This document shows positions 45,438 through 54,199 of a DNA stretch of 64,000 bases, in pieces. The notes beneath the pieces were generated by a model. It ran no database searches and was not told where the DNA came from. It was given only the letters and a program-made list of their open reading frames with translations. Origin of the DNA: a virus; the IMG/VR virus record IMGVR_UViG_3300044784_000011. One strand, 5' to 3'. Each line of letters begins with the position of its first letter. The first letter of the stretch is position 1. The position numbers and the translations under genes were made by a program.

Positions 45438-45475
45438 CCAGGGAGGCGTGCCGCGACCCGGTATCGCCTCCCTGG
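45438..45475 (+). terminator. Rho-independent terminator-like hairpin after the capsid operon
   Basis: CCAGGGAGGCG / CGCCTCCCTGG 11-bp stem followed by a pyrimidine run. Confidence 0.6.
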
Positions 45476-45550
45476 TCTCTTCCCCCACGGCACCGGCTCC
45501 GCTCCATGCAGAGCCATGCAGTGGGCCAGGAACCGACAAGGAGGAAGAGC

Positions 45551-45886
45551 ATGCCGGCAGGAGCCTCGCTCCAGATTCGGCGGAAAGCAGACGGCTCCGT
45601 CCACATTGTGGGCGAGCTTCCTGTGACACATGGCTTCAACGCTCGCCACATCGCGAGGGAATTGGAGCACCCGTTCGGCTCCATGTTCGAGGTCTTCGTG
45701 GTGCTGCGGACGGCCAACCTCGGTGATGCTGTCTACCGGCTCACCGGCTTCGGGGAGCTTGATCCGGACAACGCCGACGATGACCGCCTGAACCTCAACA
45801 ACTGGGAAGTCGAGCGCGTCTCCGATGACGAGCCGATCCTGGAAGCGATTGAGCAAGTGACTGAGGAGGAGACGTCCGATGGCTGA
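45551..45886 (+). CDS. Hypothetical protein
   Basis: GGAGGA RBS. Confidence 0.7.
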   Translation: MPAGASLQIRRKADGSVHIVGELPVTHGFNARHIARELEHPFGSMFEVFVVLRTANLGDAVYRLTGFGELDPDNADDDRLNLNNWEVERVSDDEPILEAIEQVTEEETSDG

Positions 45887-46340
45887 TGGCGTCTTCAACA
45901 ACGTCAAGGGAGAGTTCAAGACTCTGGCCGCACTCCCGGCCGCCGCAGACGCGCTCGTCGTCACACTTGTGGAGACCACGGGACTCGAAGCTGAAGACAC
46001 CCTCAACAACTACGACGACCTGGGTGCACTCTACACGGCGGCCAACAACGAGCCGGCAGGCGGCACCTATGTCCGCAAGACCGTCACCGCGTCGATCACC
46101 GTTACCGTCGATGACACGAACAACCGCGTCGATATCGACATGCCGGACCTGACGTGGACCGCGCTCACCACGACCGGCAACAACCCCATCTCCCGGCTCC
46201 TCGTCAACTACGACAACGACACCGGTGCCGGAACCGACACGAACATCAGGCCCTGCACATATCACGACTTCGTGATCACCCCGGACGGCTCTGACGTCGT
46301 GGCTGTTGTGGCGGCGCTCGGGTTCTACAGGGCAGCCTGA
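45879..46340 (+). CDS. Virion structural protein (fibre-module base/decoration)
   Basis: GAGGAG RBS; strong codon bias; beta-rich Thr/Asp sequence. Confidence 0.75.
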   Translation: MADGVFNNVKGEFKTLAALPAAADALVVTLVETTGLEAEDTLNNYDDLGALYTAANNEPAGGTYVRKTVTASITVTVDDTNNRVDIDMPDLTWTALTTTGNNPISRLLVNYDNDTGAGTDTNIRPCTYHDFVITPDGSDVVAVVAALGFYRAA

Positions 46341-47041
46341 TGAATCGGCACGGAGCGATCGAACTCGCGCCACGGCCGAGGCATACGCGAGAGGACCTGG
46401 AGCGGCGACGGGAACGGCTCGATGCGGCGGAGTTCGTTGGTCTGAACTCGAAGGGCGAGCCGGTCTATGCGATGAAGGGAGGGGCCAGCCTCTTCCTTGC
46501 GGAGCCGGTTGACCCGTTCCACACCGCTGCTGGTACGGCCATCAACACCTTCACGACCAACAGAGACGTCAGCCCGAACCCCTGCCCGATCATTGTCGGT
46601 GGTCGGCTGAAGCGTGGCGTCCGGATCAAGGTTGAGGTTCAAGGGAACTGGGGCGCGACAGCAACACCGACGCTTCAGCTTGGTATCTATGCGGGTCTGC
46701 CGGGAGCTACCGGGCAGCCTGCTGCGATCACGAGTATCCTCGCCCAGAGCGCGGCTATCGCCTGCACCGCGTTGACGTCGATCCCTTGGAGGATGGAGTA
46801 CCTAGGGCTCATCACTGTGGACGGGACCTCCGGGACGATTCTTGGCCAAGGTGATTTGGAGTTCGGTACGAGCCTCACCGCCTTCTCCGCCAACGCGATT
46901 CCGGTTACGGCCGCTGCGAGGACCGTGACCCGCGACACGACCATCAACTGGTGCTTCGGAGTCTGCGCTGCATTCTCCGTCTCCAACGCAGCCAACCAGG
47001 TTCAGGTGGACTATCTCAACGTCTTGGTCATGAACGCCTGA
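46340..47041 (+). CDS. Virion structural protein with GG-ending N-terminal leader
   Basis: TGATG coupling; beta-rich mature part. Confidence 0.7.
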   Translation: MNRHGAIELAPRPRHTREDLERRRERLDAAEFVGLNSKGEPVYAMKGGASLFLAEPVDPFHTAAGTAINTFTTNRDVSPNPCPIIVGGRLKRGVRIKVEVQGNWGATATPTLQLGIYAGLPGATGQPAAITSILAQSAAIACTALTSIPWRMEYLGLITVDGTSGTILGQGDLEFGTSLTAFSANAIPVTAAARTVTRDTTINWCFGVCAAFSVSNAANQVQVDYLNVLVMNA

Positions 47042-47055
47042 CCCCATAGGCACTC

Positions 47056-49722
47056 GTGCCATACCCAAAAGACCTCCTGATATACCACCTGCTACGGCGG
47101 CGTGGTTACAAGCGACCATTCTATCCATCGGCTCCGCTCCTGCCGGTTGTCCCTCCACTGTGGAGGAGCTTGATAGGGACGGCTCCGGCCGCAACTGCGA
47201 CCTCCACGACGACTGGTAGCTTCACGCCGAAGTCTGGGCGGCTCCTCGTCGCGGCAGCTTGGGCTGACTCGACCTCTGGGGCGAACCTCAACGGTATCTC
47301 CATCTCCGACTCGCTAACGGAGTCTTGGGTTGAGATCACCAGGCGGCACTTCAACAGTGATAGCCTCCAAACCGCGATTGGCGTCTGGGCGAAGCTCGTC
47401 AATGATACCAACGACGTTTCGCAGACGGTTACGTTCAGCGCTGATGACGTTGATCCAATTGGTGGCTGGGTTGGCGAAGTCTCACACCATGACGTAGCTG
47501 ACTGGCTTGGTGCGCTAGGGGTCGGGACGCACACCAGCTCCGATGGCGACCCTGTGGACTACCAGACTATTGCAACCCAGCGAGACCAGAGCCTTGTCCT
47601 CGGACTGATCGCAAACTGGGACGCCACAACAGGTTCAGCCGGGTCTGGTGCGACGTTCATCGCGGAGTCCGACATCGCGACTGGCGCGACCTCCGGTGGC
47701 GTCTTCGCCCGGCGTACTGTTCCGGTAACTCCTCCTGCGACCGTAAGCGTGCCGATGAACCGGACGCCGGTTCAGGAACGCGGCCGGATGGCCGTGTGGG
47801 AGATTAAGGGAACGAGTAGCAAGGTCCCGGTTCCTGGCCTGACGACATTCATAACGTATGTCGGGCCAACGACTTCAGGTAATGTCCCAGTTCCTGCTGA
47901 TGCGGACACTGCCGACAAGGTCGTTGCTATCCATTTTCTGTTCGAGGACTCTGGTGCCGGACTGCCCACTGGAGTGACTCCTCCGGACGGCACATGGAAC
48001 CTGAAGTCAAGCAAGGACCAGAACTCTGGAAGTCTCCGGGATCAGATATGGTGGAAGCGGCTAACCGGAGGCGATTCTGGGACATACAACTTCACTTGGA
48101 CCGGATCGTGTGAGCGGACGGCAACTGCGACAACAATATCTGCCGCAGTTCTTACCGGAGACCCGTTCGACACGACGGTGGATCACGAGACGGCGGTTGG
48201 TAATGGGACGAACACTCCGGCGACCGAGGTCATGCCTCCTCGTGATGATCGTCTGCTGTTCTGGACCGGCTCTGGGATCAATGGCGCTAGCGACTGGACG
48301 CAGCCGTCCGGCTTTACTGAACACATTCAGCAGCCCAACATCACGGTTGCAACTAAGGTCCAGTATGCCGATGGTGCTACGGGCAGCCTCGTCGGTAGCA
48401 ACTCTTCGTCGGATGAGAAGCTCGCATTCCTGGGTGCGTTCCGGCCGCTCAATGATGCTGCTGGCGGTGGCGCGACTAACGTCAATGTCGGGCAAGCAGT
48501 CGAGACTGATACGGCGCAACCTTTCGGCCGGGTAAAGCTCGACGCCATCGGCCCAGCAGTTGAGACAGATACCGCTCGGCCGATTGCTCCGCAGAAGCAG
48601 GCTACGGCCGGGCGAGCTACCGAGACCGATACCGCGCAACCTTTCGGCCGGGTAAAGCAGCGGACGATTGGTCAGGCAACGACCAACGAGATAGCCCAGG
48701 CGTTTGCTCGTCGCAAGCAGCGCACGATCGGCCAAGCGGTCGAGACGAACCTGGCGATGTCGATTACCCCGCAGAAGCGGAGGACGATTGGCCAGGCCAC
48801 GTCGATTGAGACAGCCACGCGCTTCGTTCTCCCGGCCCGCATCACTTTCGGCCCAGCGGTTGAGACCGATACCGCCACGCCATTCGCGAGGAGGAAGCAG
48901 CGGACCCTCGCGACTGCGACGGAGGCTGATACGGCAACGGCGCTAGCTCGGACGAAGCAGCGTGCGGTAAACCGGGCGACTGAAACAGATACGGCGGGCG
49001 TAGTTTCGAGGCGCAAGGAAAAGCTCGTTAACCAGGTCATAGAGACGGATTCCGCAAGAACCATTCCGCCTAGTAAGAATAAGGCCATCGGGCGAGCTAC
49101 CGAGACGGATACCGCAACAGCGCTGACGGAGACCAAGATCCGAGCCGTCAACGTCGCAACAGAGACGGATACTGGGCGGCCGTTGACCCGATTCAAGTCC
49201 AAGACGTACGGGCCAGCGGTTGAGAACGACACCGCTCGGCCGATCACCTCAGCTGGCACGAAGAACATACCGGTAAACCGGGCCACAGAGATTGACACTG
49301 CAGGGACAATCCGTGCACAAAGGTCGAGGCCTGTCGGTGTAGCTGTTGAGACAAATACTGCGTTCGCCTTTTCGCGCCGGAAGGAGCGTGCAGTTGGGCG
49401 GGCAATTGACTCGCAGATAGCGCAGCCGATGGGCCGGGCGAAGTCCAGGACGATTGGACGTGCGCAGGAGACCTCCTCTGCGTTTTCCTTCTCGCGTCGG
49501 AAGCTCGTCGCGGTCGGCGTGGCTGTCGAGACAGATAGCGCGAGGCCAATCCTCCGCCTAGGTGGGCAAGAGCCACAGCCGTACGTCCGGCCAGAGGGAG
49601 ACATCAACGACGTAGGCGGATCAGGTGACGTCAGTCGAGGCCGTCCAGAGGGTATACTCCGGCGCGATACTTCAACACTGACGTATGAGAGACCTTCCGG
49701 CGATATCACCAGGAGGAAATGA
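47056..49722 (+). CDS. Fibre/adhesin: two globular domains plus 18 x 20-aa repeats
   Basis: Repeat consensus G.A.ETDTA.P....K.R.. from 48490 to 49566. Confidence 0.75.
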   Translation: MPYPKDLLIYHLLRRRGYKRPFYPSAPLLPVVPPLWRSLIGTAPAATATSTTTGSFTPKSGRLLVAAAWADSTSGANLNGISISDSLTESWVEITRRHFNSDSLQTAIGVWAKLVNDTNDVSQTVTFSADDVDPIGGWVGEVSHHDVADWLGALGVGTHTSSDGDPVDYQTIATQRDQSLVLGLIANWDATTGSAGSGATFIAESDIATGATSGGVFARRTVPVTPPATVSVPMNRTPVQERGRMAVWEIKGTSSKVPVPGLTTFITYVGPTTSGNVPVPADADTADKVVAIHFLFEDSGAGLPTGVTPPDGTWNLKSSKDQNSGSLRDQIWWKRLTGGDSGTYNFTWTGSCERTATATTISAAVLTGDPFDTTVDHETAVGNGTNTPATEVMPPRDDRLLFWTGSGINGASDWTQPSGFTEHIQQPNITVATKVQYADGATGSLVGSNSSSDEKLAFLGAFRPLNDAAGGGATNVNVGQAVETDTAQPFGRVKLDAIGPAVETDTARPIAPQKQATAGRATETDTAQPFGRVKQRTIGQATTNEIAQAFARRKQRTIGQAVETNLAMSITPQKRRTIGQATSIETATRFVLPARITFGPAVETDTATPFARRKQRTLATATEADTATALARTKQRAVNRATETDTAGVVSRRKEKLVNQVIETDSARTIPPSKNKAIGRATETDTATALTETKIRAVNVATETDTGRPLTRFKSKTYGPAVENDTARPITSAGTKNIPVNRATEIDTAGTIRAQRSRPVGVAVETNTAFAFSRRKERAVGRAIDSQIAQPMGRAKSRTIGRAQETSSAFSFSRRKLVAVGVAVETDSARPILRLGGQEPQPYVRPEGDINDVGGSGDVSRGRPEGILRRDTSTLTYERPSGDITRRK
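48490..49566 (+). repeat. 18 tandem ~60-nt (20-aa) coding repeats
   Basis: Units such as GQAVETDTAQPFGRVKLDAI, GRATETDTAQPFGRVKQRTI, GPAVETDTATPFARRKQRTL. Confidence 0.85.
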
Positions 49723-50076
49723 GTGGGCTTTGATACCGTGCACCTAGACATCTATCGCGGTGAGCAGGCCGTGTTCGATGTCGCGCCGGTTGCCATCGCC
49801 GGAGGCTTCCTCAATACCGACACCGTTCGCTTCACGGCCAAGCGCGACCTCTCGGTTGTGGACGCTAGCGCGGAAATCGGTGTGGACGGAACGTACATCT
49901 CTGCCGATATCTTCCGCATCACAATCCCTGACGACCCTACGTTGGTGGCCAGCTTCAATACTGACGAGATTGTGGAGATGTATTACTCAGTCGTGTGGAA
50001 GCGAAGCACGACCAACGAAACCGTTCTGCGGGCCGGTAGCATCTGGGTCCACCCGCACGCGAGGAGCGGCGACTAA
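49723..50076 (+). CDS. BppU-N-like Ig-fold structural protein
   Basis: DIYRGE..FDV..VRFTAK...IFRITIP.D...MYYSV..VLRAGSIWV. Confidence 0.6.
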   Translation: MGFDTVHLDIYRGEQAVFDVAPVAIAGGFLNTDTVRFTAKRDLSVVDASAEIGVDGTYISADIFRITIPDDPTLVASFNTDEIVEMYYSVVWKRSTTNETVLRAGSIWVHPHARSGD

Positions 50077-50420
50077 TGGCGACACCGATCCCGGCCGACG
50101 TGGACAATGCAAGGCGTCGCGTCCGCGAGATGATTGGCGAGACGGACACGACTTCTGCTTGGGAGTCGCGCGACATCGACCTCCTCTTGGCGGGAGCTAC
50201 CTCGTTGGAGGCGGCTGCCGCTGATGGGTGGGAGAAGAAGGCGGCTCGCTACGCGGAGTTGACGGACGTGAGCGAGTCCGGTTCCTCCCGCAAGAACAGC
50301 CAACTTCACCCGATGGCGCTCAAGATGTGGGAGAAGTACACAGAGTTGGCCGAGGAAGGCGACGCCGGAGCGGCACCAGCTGGGACGGGAACCCGAGTGC
50401 GGCCGATCGTTCGCGAATGA
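50076..50420 (+). CDS. Head-to-tail adaptor
   Basis: VREMIGET...IDLLL...AAA..WEKKAA...VSESGSSR. Confidence 0.8.
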   Translation: MATPIPADVDNARRRVREMIGETDTTSAWESRDIDLLLAGATSLEAAAADGWEKKAARYAELTDVSESGSSRKNSQLHPMALKMWEKYTELAEEGDAGAAPAGTGTRVRPIVRE

Positions 50421-50785
50421 ACCGACAAGCCGAGCTAGAGGCCAACCGCCGCAACACAGCGGAGGTCATCGCTCGCGACCCGTCGAAGATTGTCCCGTTG
50501 CTCTCCCGCGAAGACTTGGTGTGGGATGGAGGCTCGTTCAACCGGACCAACCAGCGCCAGGTTCGCGGGAAGTCGATGATGCTCATTGCCTCGGTGCAGC
50601 AGCTTCCCGAACGGCGAACTATCGAGGGCCAGAGCCTAACTCCGGAGTTCATCCTGCTCGGCGAGTATGGAGCCGACATTGAGAATGGAGATTGGTTCTA
50701 CATTGACGGCGTGAAGTACGAGGTCGTGTTTGTGCACCCAGACCGTTCGTACCAGACTAAGGCTGAGGTTGTGTACCGTGGCTAA
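50417..50785 (+). CDS. Head closure / head-tail joining protein
   Basis: Position; ADIENGDWF.IDGVKYEV. Confidence 0.7.
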   Translation: MNRQAELEANRRNTAEVIARDPSKIVPLLSREDLVWDGGSFNRTNQRQVRGKSMMLIASVQQLPERRTIEGQSLTPEFILLGEYGADIENGDWFYIDGVKYEVVFVHPDRSYQTKAEVVYRG

Positions 50786-51140
50786 GGGTCCGGACTTCGT
50801 GTGGGTGGATCGGTCGCTGTTCGAGAACATTGGTGAGCTTGATCAGAAGATCATCAAGGGCATGGTTGCGGTGATGGAGTATTCCCGGCCGCAGGTCGAG
50901 AACTACATGAAGTCCAACGCGCCGTGGCAGGACCAGACGACCAACGCCCGGAACTCCTTGAGCGCGAGGACTGAGCACGGCGGGACCTCCTCTTCAATCA
51001 TCGCCGCACACGGTGTCCCATACGGCATATGGCTGGAGGTCCGGTTCGGAGGCGTCAACGGAATTATCTTGCAGACAATCCGGGTGATGGGCGCGAGGGT
51101 GATGGCGAACATGCGGACCCTCTTCGCGAGGATGGGCTAG
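50778..51140 (+). CDS. HK97 gp10-like neck/tail-completion protein
   Basis: NAPWQDQTTNAR...HGVPYGIWLE. Confidence 0.8.
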   Translation: MAKGPDFVWVDRSLFENIGELDQKIIKGMVAVMEYSRPQVENYMKSNAPWQDQTTNARNSLSARTEHGGTSSSIIAAHGVPYGIWLEVRFGGVNGIILQTIRVMGARVMANMRTLFARMG

Positions 51141-51545
51141 ATGGCGGCCAAGGCGATGATCCGGACGAAGCTCGTCCTGGATGGCGAGTTCTCTGCGTCG
51201 ATCCCAGATGCACGTCTCTTCAACGCTGGGTCCATCACCACCACACCCGATCTAACCAAGGGCAAGTTCGCTGTTCTTCGGTTCGACCCAGTGATCCCAG
51301 GAATCGGGCCAGTCAACCGGGCGCAGTTCTTCTTGTATGTCTACGACCGTATGGGCCAGTACTCCGCCATCCTCGCAACACTCGTACGAGCAAGGGCGAT
51401 CCTCGAAGGCACAAATCCGATCGACCACGGAGATGGCTGGATCAGCCAGATCAAGTGGCAAGGTGACTCTGGTGAACTGGTCGATGACTCGTGGCGAGCT
51501 TCGGTCCAATTCGCCACGTTCGAGGTAGTCTACAGCGGATCATAG
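51141..51545 (+). CDS. Tail terminator
   Basis: Position before the tail tube; size. Confidence 0.7.
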   Translation: MAAKAMIRTKLVLDGEFSASIPDARLFNAGSITTTPDLTKGKFAVLRFDPVIPGIGPVNRAQFFLYVYDRMGQYSAILATLVRARAILEGTNPIDHGDGWISQIKWQGDSGELVDDSWRASVQFATFEVVYSGS

Positions 51546-51559
51546 GGAAGGGGGTGAAT

Positions 51560-52057
51560 ATGACCAAGAAGAAGGAGCGCACCGCCGTCTACATCGGGAC
51601 GGCTGATGTCCGTATCATCACGCGGGAAGACTTCAGGCACAACCAGGGGTTCGATCCCGGCGAGGACATGCCAGACCTCGTGTGGCACGCGGGCAACCGC
51701 TTCGCGCTTCCGGTCCAGGACCTCCCCACACTTGTCCAGGACCACCTGACCGATGTCGAGTCGGACATCATGGTGCAGGAAGGGGTGCCGGAGAACCTGA
51801 TCCCGTTCCTGAAGCTCAAGGCGCTGACTGTCTCACCGTCAGGCCGGGCAACGGGAGTTCAGGCGGCCGAAGGGCGACGGGAGTTCGACACACCGGGCGG
51901 AGCCGTCGCGACGATGGACACGCCGGTCGTCTCCCGCGACGTGCTCATGACCGATCCAGACGCAGACACGGCGTCCGGCGAAGGTCAGGCGGAGGGAGGC
52001 GGGAGCACCAACCCAGTCACCACGGCCGGAGGCTCGGCCGACGACAGCAAGAAGTAG
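51560..52057 (+). CDS. Hypothetical virion-associated protein
   Basis: YIGTADVRIIT.EDF; acidic tail. Confidence 0.65.
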   Translation: MTKKKERTAVYIGTADVRIITREDFRHNQGFDPGEDMPDLVWHAGNRFALPVQDLPTLVQDHLTDVESDIMVQEGVPENLIPFLKLKALTVSPSGRATGVQAAEGRREFDTPGGAVATMDTPVVSRDVLMTDPDADTASGEGQAEGGGSTNPVTTAGGSADDSKK

Positions 52058-52063
52058 GCGACG

Positions 52064-52357
52064 ATGGAGCTTCACTGCGGAAAGAAGAAGCATGGACTTC
52101 TGATCCCTGACAAGGGGCTGATTGAGGTCTCGTGTGCATCGCAGTTCTGCGGCAAGGCTCCTGGCGTTGTTGTACTGCACAGGTTCGACGTGAGAACCGG
52201 TCTCCTCGTGGAGACGCTACGATTCCAGGAACCACCGATACCTAGAGGGGAGGAAACACCAGATGCCAATCACGACAACGGCGCTGCCGTTCGGAATCCG
52301 GGACACCCAGCTTCGGGCGCTCCCGGCTCCTTGGACCACGCCCGGCTCGCTGGTTGA
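52064..52357 (+). CDS. Small Zn-binding protein
   Basis: ELHC..KHG...EVSC...C..VVLHRFD. Confidence 0.6.
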   Translation: MELHCGKKKHGLLIPDKGLIEVSCASQFCGKAPGVVVLHRFDVRTGLLVETLRFQEPPIPRGEETPDANHDNGAAVRNPGHPASGAPGSLDHARLAG

Positions 52358-52811
52358 TCTGCCGTACGCGAGGACCTGGAGTTGGTCAGAGTCCGAAGAC
52401 TTCTCGGAGCTTCGTGGCGACGACCAGACCATCGCCTCGCGTGGCGCCGGTCCTCAGATCGAAGTTGAGCTGGAGAACGGAGGCCTGCCGCTGGAGCCCT
52501 ACAAGCTCATCGCGGGAGGCGCCACGGTGGACACCGGGACGACCCCCAACATGGTCAAGACCTACACGAAGCTGGCGACGGATGCCCGTCCCTACTTCAA
52601 GGTTGAAGGCCAGAGCATGTCAGACTCGGGCGGTGACGTCCACGCGCTCATCTTCCGCGCCAAGCTGACCGGCGACATCGAGGGCGAGTTCGCCGATGGC
52701 GAGTTCCACGTGACCGGCGCGACCGGTAACGGGTTCCCGTCCGCAGAGGCGGCCCACATCGGCAAGCTGTACTCCTTCGTCAACAACGAGACCGTCACGC
52801 CCATCGCCTAG
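52263..52811 (+). CDS. Major tail (tube) protein
   Basis: GGAGG RBS; LPFGIRD, ELRGDD, PYFKVEGQSMSDSGGD; strong codon bias. Confidence 0.85.
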   Translation: MPITTTALPFGIRDTQLRALPAPWTTPGSLVDLPYARTWSWSESEDFSELRGDDQTIASRGAGPQIEVELENGGLPLEPYKLIAGGATVDTGTTPNMVKTYTKLATDARPYFKVEGQSMSDSGGDVHALIFRAKLTGDIEGEFADGEFHVTGATGNGFPSAEAAHIGKLYSFVNNETVTPIA

Positions 52812-52823
52812 GAAGGAGGGACC

Positions 52824-53186
52824 ATGGCCGTACAGACACCGGTGGTCCCTCCTGTCGTGCCCGCCGGCAACCCGGCGTACGCGGCCGTGGGCGCATCCGA
52901 CACCATCCCAGTCGGCTCCACCGGCAAGTACCTCCTCATCGTGAAGAACGCCGGAGGCTCAGCTGACGTCGTCGTCGTGGATGACCCAACCTCTGGGACA
53001 GGTCCTCCCGGCGCAGCTACCCCGATGAACCCAGACCTCTCGCACTCGGTTCCTGCAACGACCGGTGAGCGGCACTTTCTGCTCTCGGCCGAGCGGTTCC
53101 GCGACATCAACGGGAACATCAACATCACCCACTCGTTCCAGACCTCGGTGACGTGCATCGTGTACGGGCCACTGAACGCAATCTAG
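52824..53186 (+). CDS. Minor tail / tube decoration protein
   Basis: GGAGG RBS; beta-sandwich-like sequence. Confidence 0.7.
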   Translation: MAVQTPVVPPVVPAGNPAYAAVGASDTIPVGSTGKYLLIVKNAGGSADVVVVDDPTSGTGPPGAATPMNPDLSHSVPATTGERHFLLSAERFRDINGNINITHSFQTSVTCIVYGPLNAI

Positions 53187-53222
53187 TCCGTCCGTCGTCC
53201 ATCGGAGCCCTAGGAGGCCAGC

Positions 53223-53942
53223 ATGGCGGAGAAGAAGACTGCAGGAACCACGAGGAAGCCCACAAAGCGAGCTGGTGGGGTCTCGGCTGCTGAGAAGAAG
53301 CGCCGGGCTGCACAGGCCAAGGAGGCCATAGGAACGGCCACTCTCCCAACCGGCGAATCGGTTGAGGAGCTTCGTGCTGCCATCGAGAAGGCCCGGAAGG
53401 ATCAGGAGTCTGGCCGCACCCTAGGAACGGCTGAGGCGAGTGGAGCAAAGGTCACGTCCATCGCTGAGCTACGGGCGAGGGCGATGGGCGAACTCCTCAC
53501 AATGCCAAGCGGGCTTGTCGCTCGTGTCCGGCGGCCGGGAATGATCGCGCTCCTTCAGGCTGGTGTGATCCCCAACTCTCTCATGCCGTTGGTCGAGAAG
53601 GGTCTGGAGGCAGCAGCCAAGGGGCAGGACGTTACCAGGGCTGAGATCGTCTCCCAGATCGACTCCTCGATGATGACGGAGATGATGGAGCTTTTCGACC
53701 TCGTGGCCATGTTTGTAGTCGTGGAGCCGAAGCTGCGCCCGACTCCTCAGGACGAGGACGGCAACTCCTTGCCGATGCACGAGTGGCCCACCGTTGCCGA
53801 GGACGGCGTGACCGAACTCGCCTACATCGAGTGGGTGGGCTTCGAGGACAAGCAGTTCATCTGGAATTACGCGGTCGGGGGCACCCGCGACGTGGACCGA
53901 TTTCGCGCTGATCAAGAAACCGCTTCTGTGGAACCTGTATAA
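53223..53942 (+). CDS. Tail assembly chaperone (G)
   Basis: Upstream of tape measure; ends WNYAVGGTRDVDRFR. Confidence 0.85.
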   Translation: MAEKKTAGTTRKPTKRAGGVSAAEKKRRAAQAKEAIGTATLPTGESVEELRAAIEKARKDQESGRTLGTAEASGAKVTSIAELRARAMGELLTMPSGLVARVRRPGMIALLQAGVIPNSLMPLVEKGLEAAAKGQDVTRAEIVSQIDSSMMTEMMELFDLVAMFVVVEPKLRPTPQDEDGNSLPMHEWPTVAEDGVTELAYIEWVGFEDKQFIWNYAVGGTRDVDRFRADQETASVEPV

Positions 53943-54189
53943 CCACGCCAAGACCTGGGGGTGCCGACCGAGCGAGCTACTTGTCATCGAGGACCCGTAT
54001 GACGCCTATCAGTTGGATGAGGCGGTCAGCGTCTTCGGCAACACCATATCCAACGAGCTAGATGAGATCGAAGCCAAGACAGCGAAGCAGACGAAAGCCA
54101 AGCGCACCAACCACTTGAGGAAGCGGCTCGGGTTCCAGGCCCAGTACCGAAGGGGCACCCCGACCTCTGGCACCACACCTGGCCGGTAA
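53901..54189 (+). CDS. Tail assembly chaperone frameshift extension (T), +1 frame
   Basis: ATG-less frame LWNLYNHAKTWGCRPSELLVIEDPYDAYQLDEAVSVFG... ending TAA 54187-54189; slip candidate CGA TTT CGC at 53898-53906. Confidence 0.75.
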
Positions 54190-54199
54190 GGCGGAAGCC

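Noticed and set aside
43560-45629. 689-aa reverse-strand ORF and other long minus-strand ORFs (e.g. 42567-43550, 23702-24673, 48672-49751)
   Set aside because: They are antisense shadows of strongly biased + strand genes, have no motifs, and are expected at high GC.
47056-47180. Fourth copy of the GG leader at the fibre N-terminus (RRRGYKRPFYP)
   Set aside because: It shares the basic-P-aromatic element but lacks the terminal GG, so the match is too weak.
53223-53942. Canonical -1 slippery heptamer in the tail chaperone
   Set aside because: The chaperone-like extension is in the +1 frame; no suitable heptamer leads to a long -1 ORF.
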